Shown here: positions 13,611-25,919 of the stretch, one piece after another
Layout of the letters: each line of letters begins with the position of its first letter
How positions within the stretch are numbered: position 1 is the first letter of the stretch
DNA from: Octopus vulgaris
Taxonomy: Eukaryota
DNA: 64,000 nt
Reading direction: 5' to 3'
Assembly: GCA_951406725.2 (NCBI GenBank)
Contig: OX597816.1
Coordinates: forward strand, 132,246,001 to 132,310,000
The notes under the pieces: model-generated
Seen by the model: only the letters and a program-made list of their open reading frames with translations
Told to the model about the DNA's origin: nothing
Databases searched by the model: none
Made by a program: the position numbers and the translations under genes

Positions 13611-14610
13611 AAACTGATATAATATGAATGTTTATTCCCCACTACCGCTTGACAACTTGTATTGGTGTGTTTATGTACCCGTAACTTAGCGATCGGCATG
13701 CTTAAGTATATCAGAAATCTTACTATCTGAAGATTAACAAACATTGCTGACCCACAACAGGAAAATATATGAAAATAAAGGTTAGCATGTTATTAGAGGT
13801 ATCTATACTACGAACTAATTTGTATTTCTCCTTATCTACTTCGGGAAAAGAGTTAACTCATGGAAATAAGTCCACTTAAAAAAGCTGATATGAATGCAGC
13901 TCATTTAATTTCATAGACAAAGGTCGACGCAAAGAACCTAGCTACGTGAGAAATAACTAATATATATGTAATGATGAGTTCGTAGATATGTCAATGTAGA
14001 AGATTGATTGTATATTGAATTTTGTTTTTGAAAAAACAATAGTCATGATTGAACAGATGGCGAGCTACCAACGAACCAAGTTTGTGACCCACTTTCTTTT
14101 CCTGTTGGCAATCAATTTACCTAACATCTCAGGTGTCATCGAGAAAGCCATGAATGCCACATGCTCCCTTTACATCCCCTATAAATCTGGGCAAACCATG
14201 TACCAATGTAAGAAATCCAATATTTATAGCAGAATAGGTTTTGCGAATATTACTTGCTGTTGATCTATGATTGTCATTGTCTTCACAAATCTCTCTCTCT
14301 CCGTTCTCCACCCACACATCAACCAACATGTAACATGAAGTAATGTTGCAACTCTGCTCTTCATTAATTATTCACTTCTAAAATGTTGCCTAGAATAATT
14401 GTTCTATTGGAGGTGACAGTTCTCCGTATAGTATTAAGTGAAAGTGCATTATTTTATGATGTTGAAGTTGGAATTTCGCTAATTGCTATATGTGATCTCA
14501 TTAAATTCTTTGAAAGAACAATTCATTTTTAAATTCCATTAGTGTATTCCTTAATAATCATGTTCATTAATGAAAAGAACAGTTTGTTGTTGTTACTTAG
14601 CCCCAGATTA

Positions 14611-15025
14611 AGGCAAGCTGGCAGAATCGTTACCGCACCAAACAAAATGCTTGACGGCATTTCTTCCGGCACTTTACGTCCTAAGCTCAAATTCTACCGA
14701 AGTTGACTTTGCTTTTCACCCTTTCCAGGTCGATAAAATAAGTATCAGTTGAGCATTGGGATCGAAGTAATTGACTACAAATTGCTGGCCCTGTACCAAA
14801 ATTTAAAACTGTTATTTAGTCCCAGATTATGGCGGTGAACTGGCAGAATCGCTCGAGTGGCGTGAAAATAATGCTTTACAGTATTTGTTCCGAGTCCAAT
14901 TCCTGCCGAGGTCAACTTTGGCTTTCATCACTCCGGTATAGTTAAAATAAGTACCGGTCAAGTACTAGGATCGATGGTCTCGACTAACACCCATCTCCTC
15001 AAAATTGTTGCTCTGTGCCTAAATC
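14611..15025 (+). mobile_element. Two tandem family B SINE copies
   Basis: Heads at 14611 (AGGCAAGCTGGCAGAATCG) and 14831 (GGCGGTGAACTGGCAGAATCG), each followed by the core. Confidence 0.8.
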
Positions 15026-15690
15026 ATGAACTCTTATCAAGTCTTAGATCAGTTCTATCGCGTGTTGGAATCAGCAAGAATTTATTCATTTCGACGCCAA
15101 CAAAAAATTACACAATGAATATCGTTTACCCAGAGGGGCTTCAACATTGACAGATTTTCAGTTCGAAATTTTATTATCATTACAATTTGTATATATCTTT
15201 TATTAAAATATAGATATTTTGAAATAATTATGAAAATATATCTTCGTAATTATTGTTAAACTAATCTGAATTAGCACAGCAGTAACCAGGGCAACGCAGT
15301 GTCATTTAGTTTCAGGAATGAATATTTATATAGATATTGATATTGCTATTATTATCGAAGGCAATATAAATAGTTGATAATAACAGCAACATTGATATGG
15401 GTGACTGCAGGCCCAAAATAGCATTATATAGGTATGTGAAAGATTTTTTGCGATCCGTTCGCCCGAGTACTGTTGATTCTGTTGTTATTTTCAGTGTTAT
15501 TTTTGATGGCTTGAACGAGGGTTTTAACTCTTACTATGTGCTATGGACAGACTATAGTTAAGCTCCTGGTTCGGTGATTATGCGAATGAGAAGTCCAACG
15601 TAGGTCATATGTCAGCATGTGTATATATAAAAAAATTAACAGAATGAGATAAAAATCCAGGACTGTAAATATTTCAGAACATATTCAATA

Positions 15691-16009
15691 TCTATATATA
15701 CTCTGAGGGCAGATGGTGATATTCAAAAAATGGGGCAACTTATAATCTTCCCATCATCATTCACAGGTGGTCCTCGATATATGTACGAACGAACACAAGA
15801 TGCTATACCATATGTCAGGACATATGGAAAACCAGATCGTTTCGTCACTTTCACCTGCAATCCTAAATGAGAGGAAATAAAATCTAACCTTCTTCCAGTG
15901 TTACGTCCGAGCACTACATTGTGTCACTCGTTTTTAAAGACGATAGAGTATTATTTGTAAGGGATTTTGTTGTTATTTCTAACAGAACGAATAACGTCAC
16001 TAGCTGGTT
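15691..16009 (+). mobile_element. Short Helitron deletion derivative retaining a Rep-domain fragment
   Basis: Starts A|TCTATATATA. 15730-15899 translates to MGQLIIFPSSFTGGPRYMYERTQDAIPYVRTYGKPDRFVTFTCNPK*EEI, which matches the Helitron RepHel motif ILPSSFTGGPRYM...PDLFITFTCNPKW. The 3' end is approximate. Confidence 0.85.
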
Positions 16010-16456
16010 ACGATGAAAGTTTCTAGTTACGGTATTTATTATGAGACATGTTTGGAATTAGAGCGCTTAAAATAGTACCTTGAATTTTAACATTTTAAAG
16101 GCGGTATCACCAGAATAGGTTAATGAATATTTGACTTGTTACAATGAGCAAGATCATTTGCAAATGACTACTTTGTACCTCTCATGCTACTCCTTTTTCT
16201 CATTAACTAGAATGCTCAAATCAGTACTGATGAGTCAGCCTATGATCGAAGATATTCTTGTTGTGGTCACCCATCTATTCTTTTTTCTTCAGTTTTTCTA
16301 CAGTTATTTCTCAGCCATTCTTTTAGACAGAATGTGTGGTTCCAAAGAGATTTGGCTGCTTTTTTTCATATAGACCGCACAGAGATTTGCTCGTTGTAGT
16401 CTAGCACCGGGTCAGCCCTGAATGAACAGATTTATGATCAATGGTAGTTTACTCTT

Positions 16457-16856
16457 TCTCTTTTACTTGTTTCAGTCATTTGACTGCGGCCATGCTGGAG
16501 CACTGTCTTTAGTCGAGCAAATCGACCCCAGAATTTATTCTTTGTAAGCCTAGTACTTATTCTATCGGTCTGTTTTTGCCGAACCGCTAAGTGACGGGGA
16601 CATAAACACACCAGCATCGGTTGTCAAGCGATGTTGGGAGGACAAACACATACGCGTGCGCGCACACACACTCACACACACACACACACACACACACATA
16701 CATACATATATATATGCGACGGGCTTCTTTCAGTTTCTGTCTACCAAATCCACTCACAGGCTTTGGTCGGCCCGAGGCTATAGTAGAAGACACTTGCCCA
16801 AGGTGCCACGCAGGGGGACTGAAGCCAGAACCATGTGGTTGGTAAGCAAGCTACTT
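16457..16856 (-). mobile_element. CORE-type SINE (family A), well conserved
   Basis: Contains GTGGCACCTTGGGCAAGTGTCTTC (CORE-like), a central (TG)n and a complete tail. Confidence 0.9.
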
Positions 16857-17019
16857 TATTTCATATAATTTGCCATTTAGGCATTTACAAACATGGGACA
16901 GACAAACATAAAGGGTGAAGTAGCTTTACACGGTTAAAAATTTCGAATGAAATTACGGATGAGATTATAAACAATGAATTTTACCAAGACAAGTTTTAAA
17001 ATATTACATATGGATCATG

Positions 17020-17620
17020 TCGAAGGACAGACACCCAGCCATCTGGGTAGAACCTTTACTTCTTGATCCGGCTACACTTACTTGGTGCAAAACATACCCA
17101 GCTTGCATGCCACAGGTTTCCATCTTTTCACAAACATATCTCGTGACAGACACCTCTTCTCCAGCCTGATCTTACTACCGAGGTGGTAACTAAAAAAGTT
17201 AACCAACCCCTGGTCGGAGACAAAAGTAACTGTTACTATACCTTTCGTACGCGTCTTACATTCTGTTTCTTTCAGTATGGCCACTACGCAGGAAAAACAA
17301 GCCTTCCTTTCCCTGCTGAGGAAAGGAGGTGGCACAATCTCAATGATAGACTCCGCTAATAGCTGTACTCTTCCCATCACTGACAACAGTTGTTCGGCAA
17401 AAGCAATCAGTCCCGATAACTCCGGGCACTGCACGAATGCGTGCAAGACGGTTTCCCTATCCTGCTCTCATCGCGGGCATGTCGGCGAGACGGCACTTCC
17501 GTGCATTGACAGCTTGTTGCGAACAGGTAACGCTGCACGTAAACACTGCCAGGCCAGGGATTTCTGGTAATTATCCGGATACCACGGCCTGTACCACACA
17601 GCCACTCCTGCGCCTATGTT
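17020..17620 (-). mobile_element. L1/Tx1-clade LINE ORF2 C-terminal fragment (zf-RVT)
   Basis: The minus frame reads FQKSLAWQCLRAALPVRNKL...TCPR*EQDRETVLHAFVQCP, a CxxC...H...C zinc-knuckle with one Cys mutated to a stop, and continues into ORF 17078-17446. Confidence 0.75.
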
Positions 17621-17639
17621 AATATTTTTATATCATATA

Positions 17640-17841
17640 AGGCGGCGAACTGGCAGAATCGTTAGCACGCCAGGTGAACTGCTTAGCGGCATTTCGTTCG
17701 TCGCGACATTCTGAGTTCAAATTCCGCCGAACTTGACTTTACCTTTCATCCTTTCGGATAAAATAAGTGCCAGTAGAGCACTGGAGTCGATGTAACCGAC
17801 TTAACCCTTTCCCCAAAATTGCTGGTCTTGTGTCAAAATTT
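17640..17841 (+). mobile_element. Family B SINE, full length
   Basis: GGCGGCGAACTGGCAGAATCGTTAGCACGCC...GAGTTCAAATTCCGCCG...TTTCATCCTTTCGG. Confidence 0.88.
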
Positions 17842-18447
17842 ATGTATGATATAATGAGTTGATAAGGAAAAGGTAAGGAGTTAAATTAGTTACTCAGAGC
17901 TTCAGAGAATGCTTAAATTTAACTCAGTCAATTATGATATCAGTTTCTTGGATTCAAATTTTTGTTCATATTTGTATGTTGTTTCGAAATGACAGATGTA
18001 ACTCTAGGCAAATTTTCTTCTGATAAATGCTCGCAAAATAATGATCGCCATAATTAGCCATGTCAGCAGCTTTTAGAAATGAGAGAAACCCATCAGTTTT
18101 TATTTTTTCAATGAATTTGTTATCGTCAATAAGCTTCATTAGTATGCAACTAGACACTTACATGAAATCTTTTTTTAAATGAAAATGGGTTTGAAAAATG
18201 TGTGTGCAGTTTTATTTAGTCAAATAGCAGGAACGACTTTGAAGTGATTCGTGCAGTGACCTGATTTTTTTTAAAACATATTTTGTAAAATTGCCAATAT
18301 TCTCAGTACATTCATTCCACTCTGCTTTTTTAAGTGCGAAAGCTGGTTCAAATCCTAATTTTCTAGGTGAGAGATGAACGGCTTTGATATCATTTACTAA
18401 CCAAGGCAACAATTTGTTCTTGTCTTGTTGCACCAAGTAAGAATATT

Positions 18448-18842
18448 CTTTTCTACTCAGGCACAAGGCACGAAATTTTGGGGGAGGGGGCCGGTAGATT
18501 ACATTGGCCTCAGTACGCAACTGGTACTTAATTTATCAGCCCCGAAAGGATGAAAGGCAAAGTCGACCTCGGCGGAATTTGAATTCAGATAGTAAAGACT
18601 GACAAAATGCCTATTTCTTTACTACCCACAAGGAGCTAAACACAAAGAGGACAAGCAAGGACAGACAAACGGATTAAGTCGATTACATCGACCCCAGTGG
18701 TAACTGGTACTTAATTTATCGACCCCGAAAGGCTGAAGGCAAAGTCGACCTCGGCGGAATTTGCACTCACAACGTAACGGCAGACAAAATGCCTTTAAGC
18801 ATTTCGCCCGGCGTGCTAACGTTTCTGCCTGCTCGCCGCCTT
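18448..18842 (-). mobile_element. Dimeric family B SINE flanked by a 17-bp TSD
   Basis: Two head-to-tail monomers flanked by CACCAAGTAAGAATATT (18431-18447) and CACCAAGTAAAAATATT (18843-18859). Confidence 0.88.
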
Positions 18843-18989
18843 CACCAAGTAAAAATATTGAATCAAATAGTTTCATAAAAGGACTGCTCCTTTTTCCTTC
18901 TCAAAAATTATGAACTATATTTTTCAGTTTCCAAAGTCTTGTCCTCTCGAAAGGCAGCGCCTATCGCAGTAGAGGACGAAACTGCTATA

Positions 18990-21540
18990 TTCCAAACATA
19001 AAATTTTATGATATTCTCTGAATTCTTATCTGTTCAGTGTTTATGCTTTAATTTTATTTGTGCATTTCATAACCGTTGACATCACGTTACATAAAGATTT
19101 TCCATGCAAAGACTCTTAGTATATAATACTATGAGGATTTAATAAAGACAATGAAAAGATTTCGAATACAACTGTCAACAGAAATACCAACGATTTTATT
19201 GAAATTTAAAGCTTTTCTGGACACGATTTTACTTCGTCAGATCTATTTGATCCCCCTCGTTTCTAGGAAGTAATTCAAGGGCGATAATTCTTCATCAGTT
19301 CCGCTTATAAAAATTCTCAATTTGGCTATATCACGTGTAAATTCGTCCGAAGCTAAAGAAAATAAAAGTGCCAACATTTCAGTAACTCAGATATACATGT
19401 ATCACGATATATCACAAGGGTATTCTATGAAACTGTTTGCTTTGACAGAACAATTTCATATACATTTCTTTCCTTTCGATATTGTTGTTACTGCAGATAT
19501 TTAGGGACAGGGTTTAACTATTTCTTTTCTATCAGAGTAAATTCCCCCTCCCCCGTTTTTCAACCAACGTCAATGCAATATCATTGGACGTTTCTTTCAC
19601 CACTAAACTACCACAACTTCTTCCAAAAGATATACTTGTCTTCTCTTGATTTTTCCTTGGTCATCCAAGTGCGTCTAAATAAAAGCATCTCATCTTGTCC
19701 TGCCCTCCTCTCCCACAGATACAGCTTCATCACTGCCGTTCAAGAATTTGCACCTGGAGATCTCCATTTCCAGCGACTTCGAGGGCCACCTCCCAGTGGT
19801 GTCGAGCGTCAACGAAGATATCCAAAGTTTTTTTTTTCCCCAAGGTCTGGGGTCTCCCGCCCCCTAAGCCCTAGACCATCACCTAATCACCCTTACCCGT
19901 CTTGTTGCTTAACAACAAAAGCTTCATCACAGCGTTTACCAGCTCCCGATGTTCATGGTTTAGTAAATAGAGCTAGAGTGGATTGTGTCGAACAACAGTC
20001 AACCGACCCACCCCACCCCATTTATAAGAAGGGCGCCTAAAGACCAAGTACTCGTCGATATGTTCCATTTTTCTTTAAAAATTTAAGTTAATAAAAAAAA
20101 AAAAACTACCTTTTGCAGTGGCTTCATCATTACCCGGAATAAGATCTTTTATCGTTGTATTCATCTCAGAATTCTAATCCATTGAAATGGCGGATGCATT
20201 AAAGAACTTCTTGGAAATTCGGTATATTGTTGTCCCTGCAAGGGTGTTATGTAATCCTGTATTTTCGGAGACCTTCAATCTGATTCATGCTTCCTTCACT
20301 ATTAGAAACCTTTCTGCCTGTACCATCCTTAAGTCTAAATGGAATTCGAACGTGTAAAAGTAACATTTTAAGATGCTCGACAGCATGTTCCTGTCTCTCT
20401 CGACAATACTTGTTATTCATCTGGTAAGTGCACTGCTGGGTGACACACTATATAAGAGCTAAGAGTGTCCATACATACATTTTGACAGTAACTGCATAGT
20501 TTTATATATAGAAATGTATCTGCACGATAAAGGTTGTTTGATTTCATATTGATTCTGTTTTATCTTTTGTTTTATTATTGATGACTGGTCTACTGCTAAC
20601 TTCTATTAAAACGTAACCGTATCCTTTCTACATGTACTTGAAAAGATATTTTATGCTTATAATTGATCACTACACTTTCAGGTTTAGTTGAGCTTCATAT
20701 TTCATGAAGGGCTGCCTGGTGCAGAGTACTACAATCCTATTTTTCTATATGATGACCTCCAACCCGAACAGTTCCCCAATTACTTCATCTCTTCGCAGGG
20801 TAACCATTTGTTTCACGAAATTCCTTCACAAGCTTTTTCTGGTATTTATCCACTCTTCATACAAACGTAATTTAAGCTTTCTGGTCCACAATAAACCATT
20901 AATTTATCAGTATTATTAATATGCGGCAGTATGAAAATCTTCTCTTCTGAAATTCAATAACATGCACATGAGCCTCTGGCATACCAAGTACATGTCTATC
21001 CCGAATATCTACCCATCTTATTTTCTGTTTCTCATGTTCCGAAAATAATCTTGTTTCTTCTTCACTCATATTTGTCCTTCTCCCCTATTCACTGCCCCTC
21101 AAATACTGAAGAAATTTGTTCTCCTTTCTTTGCTCTTATTTATCCTTCTCTCTTATTCTCAGTCTCTCATATTCCAATGGTAATTTCTTCTTTATTCGTG
21201 CTTGTTCTCTCCTTTTCATATTTTTCAAAATTTCACTTCTTTATTTTCTGGTTCATATTACCTATGTGTATTGTATCCATTTACAGTGGATTTCAGAGAA
21301 TTTCTTCTCTGTTTCATTATTGATGCTGCTGTTATACGTTATGATACTTCTCTTTTCTGTTCTGCAACACTTACTCCCTCTGTGTATGTCTTAAATGTGC
21401 TCGGGTTTCTTGTATCCTTTGTCTGATGCGGATTCGAATTTCCTGACGCTTCTCTTTTAGTAAACGTTCACATCGTTGTCTTCTACGTTCTCGCGCTGAT
21501 GATTCACTGTCTTCTACGTTGGTTTTTCTTTTTATTTGGC
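18990..21540 (-). mobile_element. Heavily decayed autonomous Helitron (RepHel) remnant
   Basis: The minus strand reads HVHVIEFQKRRFSYCRILIIL at ~20970-20905 (decayed HUH motif VIEFQKRGLPHxHIL), MKYEAQLNLKV and SIKYLFKYM*KGYG at ~20705-20615 (catalytic YxxKY motif), and EIKQPLSCRYIS at ~20550. The outer limits are uncertain and unrelated DNA interrupts it at ~19570-20070. Confidence 0.75.
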
Positions 21541-22575
21541 AAAATAAAACTAAATAAAACAGATATCTTTCATGGGTAGCCTGATTTGTAGGATGCTATA
21601 AGCCGGATACATTTAACGAAGAAAATAGTACTTTAATTAATCATAAGGCAAAGACAGACACAGGGATTTGAGCGTTAGACAACATTCAGTAAATGAACTA
21701 TATGTCCCTATATGTAAAGACGTGACGAATTGATAGCAGCAAAATATATCGGATGACAATTTAAGATAACTACGTGAAATATACGCTTTGAGTTATCTGC
21801 ATCTAATGCTTTTTGAAAAGTAAACATGACATGTCTTGTATGAATGTTACAGTGTTAGATGTTGAGTACAATAAGTTCACATGCTGTTCACGTGTATGCA
21901 TGTATTCTGACTTGGGGACAGCTGCTACATTTTATTTTAAATTGTGGTAAATTATATTTCTTAAGTTATATTCTTCGTTGCCTGTGAAAAACAAATAACA
22001 CTTATTCCCTTAATGATGTAAATTAACTTTGAGAGGATAATTCTTAATTTTTGTTTAAACCATCTCCCCTTTACTCTGCGAGATGCTCATAACTATCTCT
22101 CGGTTTTGTTGTCTTCCTCCAACTAAGAGGTGAATTTCAATTAAGAATATTTTGTATACATCACTTTTTAACGTATTTGCCCAAATTCAAACCATTGGTT
22201 CATTTGAATTACTTCCCCTAATTCATTTTATTCTTAATTATGCAAATTATACTGATAAAATTTAATTTCTTTTTTTTTTTATGTAAAAATCTTTCATAAG
22301 TGATCGTGTAGGGTTAAGCAACATACACTATGCTGACGAGATCTAATGGGCTGAAACATACATATATAATAGTCTTTTGCCTGCAAAGAAATATCACTTT
22401 ACCTAGACATGTAAATAAACTTAACGATATTATTAATTTTTTGAAATTATCTCCCCCTCCTTTTCTGGAAATTGCTTAAAGTTGCCACTACGTTGCTCTC
22501 TCGGTCTCTCTCCTCTCTCAAGATGAAATTTTCAATCAATAAATTTTTTCGTATGGTATTCGATACATCCACCTT

Positions 22576-22640
22576 TTTGCTTATTTAGTTAAATTTCTCA
22601 CAACTCATGCAGTTGTGAGAAATTTAACTAAATAAGCAAA
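22576..22640. repeat. Perfect 30-bp inverted repeat with a 5-nt loop
   Basis: TTTGCTTATTTAGTTAAATTTCTCACAACT-CATGC-AGTTGTGAGAAATTTAACTAAATAAGCAAA. Confidence 0.95.
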
Positions 22641-23252
22641 TTTTCACTTGAATGTTTTTCAAAAATGTAATTTTGAAGAAGTTTTGCTGCTGATGACGAA
22701 AAGTGCATTCATTTCTTCTAGAAATTACTAAGTTGTAAGAAATTTAACAACGTTCCTTATTTATCCACATCATTGTCCTATAATAATTACCTTAGCTAAT
22801 TTTAGGAAAGACCCACACCCCATTTTCTCCCAAATTTGTTTATTAAAAAAAATTTTTTTTTTGCCAAAAATCTCCGTTTTCGGATACGGATGTTCCGGAA
22901 AATTACCAAAAATCGGCATTGTGAAAAATTTTGCCCCACCCCAGCTTCTTCAATTTTGACTTTTTTCCACACTAACCGTAAAACCCTAACCGTATGTACA
23001 TAAATGTTTTGAAATTTTTGTCCGAATCCTGATGCCCGTATTTTTCCGCATATTTGGAAAAGAAAAAAATTCTCAAAAAGTTTAAAATGAAGGAAATGGG
23101 GGTGGAAGTGTAATTTACAAATGTCAATTTTTTTTTGCAGATTCGTATTCCTCGTAGCCGAAAAGGAGGGTTTGTGTGTGTGTGTGGGGGGGGGGGTTAA
23201 AATAGGGGTTGGGAGATGGGGTGACGGGCGGAAGTCTTGCCTTCATTTGATA

Positions 23253-23600
23253 TCTTTTACTTGTTTCAGCCATTTAACTGCGGCCATGCTGAGGTACTAC
23301 CTTGAAGGGGTTTTGTCGAACATATTGACCCCAGGGCTTATTTTTTAAAGCAGGATACTTATTCTATCGCTCTCGTTTGTGGAACCGCTCAGTTACGAGG
23401 GTATAAACACAGACATAAAGACACACGTAGAGATATATTCGATGGGCTTCTTTCAGTTTCCGTCTACCAAATCCACTCACAAGGCTTTGATCGGCTCGAG
23501 AGAATAGTAGAAGACACTTACCCGGTGTCACACAGAGGGGCTGAACCCAGAACCATGTGGTTGGGAAACAAGCTTCTAACCGCACAATCACGCTTGCGCT
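23253..23600 (-). mobile_element. CORE-type SINE (family A)
   Basis: Contains TTTCAGTTTCCGTCTACCAAATCCACTCACAAGGCTTTG plus head and tail matching the other copies. Confidence 0.85.
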
Positions 23601-24831
23601 TATATATATATATATGTGTGTGTGTGTATGTTTGTGTGTGTGTATGTATTTAGATAGATAGATATTAATAGAAATTTTGTATGGTCTTGTCGTGGGTTTC
23701 GATTAGTTGAGATTAAGCAAGCAATTACTTAGCATTTTAAGATTTAAAGCACTTCCTTAATTTATTTATTGCTTTGATGATTTCAGTTAATCGAGGTTTT
23801 TCATATTAGTTTTCATTACAGGTTTTTATTGGAATCAAATAAGATCTCGTTCTAAAACCACTGTTATACCTATGTAACTGCTAGCACCAATCATTTATCA
23901 GATTTTTTCTCTCAAATATCGTTTTATGTGCAACTGGCACAGATTACCGTACTCAGTTACCTAAACTCTTCCTTATCTCCAACCTGTGTGTTCTGTTTCT
24001 CTCTACAAGTGACAGGTCATGTATGTATCTGAGCGAGTTCGTATATGTCTGTGTGTATCGCTTTGCCATAGACATGCATGCGCGCGCAACGTTTTATTTA
24101 TACGTTTGTGTGTGTGTGTATCTCTGAGTGTAAATAACACGCGTGTGTAGAACCTGTTATTTTTTGGCTGTGGGCCGAGATACTATACCGATTTAGCGAA
24201 TTGGTTTCAATACCCAATTCATTTTCATTGATATTATAGTAGATAAAACAAATGAATGCTGCTTGCGTCACCACCATCACCATTCCACACTCACAGTTTC
24301 AATTATTCTTGAAATCAAATTAACAAGTATAAATAGTTATTTTTATTGCTGTTTAGATCTACGTCAGCTCAGTTTTAGTACATCCATGATCGAAGGCAGT
24401 CTGGCCAAGACCATCCTGCCTTTTATGTATTTCTTCTTCGTACATTAGGCTTATCACAAACAAGATTATCTAATGTGGCGTTTCTAATTTTCTTTTTCTT
24501 AATACAGTACAATGTGATTTGAGGGAGATTTGGATGCCATTACTTCTAGCATGTTGAACGACTGAGCTAAGATTCCTTTTTGTGGGTCTCGTCTATGCAT
24601 GCTTTGAATTAGCACCTGTATCCTCATTGCCGTTCTCTTTCTACAAAAGCTACAAGCATTCATTATTTCTTCGTTAGATTCAGTAATAATTACTGACAAA
24701 AAAAATGTCCTCGAATTACATGAATCGATCTTCTGACATAAGTGTCTCTAATCTTACAATCAAATACTGACTGAGCTTTAAAAGGGGTGGGGAACATGCA
24801 GGTCCTTGTAATACGGCTGGGCACAGGCTCA

Positions 24832-24868
24832 CTTGTTTAACACCTGTTAAACACAGGTGTTAAACAAG
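24832..24868. repeat. Perfect 16-bp inverted repeat with a 5-nt loop
   Basis: CTTGTTTAACACCTGT-TAAAC-ACAGGTGTTAAACAAG. Confidence 0.9.
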
Positions 24869-24968
24869 GTGCTTGCAAAAAAAAAGCAACTTGACTGCTC
24901 ATTTAAACCTTTCATTCCAATTTTACTTAGATGGACCCTCCCACCCATTCGATGTTTAAAAAATCCTA

Positions 24969-25350
24969 GGATCTTTTCGGTTTGAACGGCAGTTTTTTCT
25001 ATCGGTGTCATATGAAATTGTTACCCATAACTATGACCCTAGTATCGATATATTGCATTTCAATCTGTTTTAGGGTTTAGGGTTAGTTAGGGGTGGGGGA
25101 AGGGTATCTTTTTTTCTTCACAGATGTAAATAAACCCAATCTGTTTCTTAAACGAGGGACATATTCATACGGCACAGAATGTTTTTTAACTCAATGGACG
25201 TCATCGATTGATTGAAATTGAAGAAAAAAAAACAGCAAATATCTTACAAACTATAGAATTTTCTCAGTAAAGCCAAGAGAAAAAGATGTTTTATAAACAC
25301 ATTCTACCAGTATACAAAGTTAAAAACTGCCGTTCAAACCGAAAAGATCC
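24969..25350. mobile_element. MITE with 29-bp perfect TIRs and an 8-bp TSD (Merlin-like signature)
   Basis: TIR GGATCTTTTCGGTTTGAACGGCAGTTTTT at both ends. TSD AAATCCTA at 24961-24968 and 25351-25358. Confidence 0.92.
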
Positions 25351-25919
25351 AAATCCTATTTATTTTTATAATTAGATATTATTAGGAATTGTATTTTTTT
25401 TAAAATTGTTAAAATATTTTATGCATTGTAGAAGTATAACAAATATATTCCACATGAATTTTAACAAAATCCTACATGGACCCACCCCACCCCGTTCTCA
25501 GGGCAAATATGGACCCAAATTTAGAACCTCATTTAAACCATGCAAAATGCAAATTATACAAGATGTCAGAAGAACCCGGTAATGCCACCGGGTGAAAAGT
25601 ACGAACATGACAACTTCCCATATTCCTCTAACATTTAACCTGATCAAAAGAAAACAATATTACTACTACTTTATGAACTACGGGAAAACAAATGTTTAAA
25701 CTAAGTGATCTAACTCACAGCCATAAATTATTGGCAATTTATATCAGTGATAAATAATGGATTTCTGTCGTATGACGATGCGGATTTAGTAATTCGAGTC
25801 ACTGAATTATCTACTCCTGAATTAACAGGTCTGAGTATTCCACAGACATGTGCACTCCTTAAGGTAATTCCCAGGCAGAATCAACCTGATATTGTGTAGC
25901 AAGGCTGTATCTTCTAAAT

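Noticed and set aside
17950-18990. Coding-like minus-strand stretch around the dimeric SINE (ORFs 17966-18157 and 18212-18520)
   Set aside because: No identifiable motif. It may be the tail of the decayed Helitron or another transposon, but I cannot support a call.
19573-20040. 155-aa Pro/Ser-rich ORF in a slightly GC-richer island
   Set aside because: It has no recognisable domain or splice context and lies inside a decayed Helitron. It is probably a fragment of another repeat that I cannot classify.
25068-25098. TTAGGG-like repeats suggesting an interstitial telomere
   Set aside because: There are only a few imperfect units and they lie inside a TSD-flanked MITE, so they are an element feature rather than a chromosome fusion scar.
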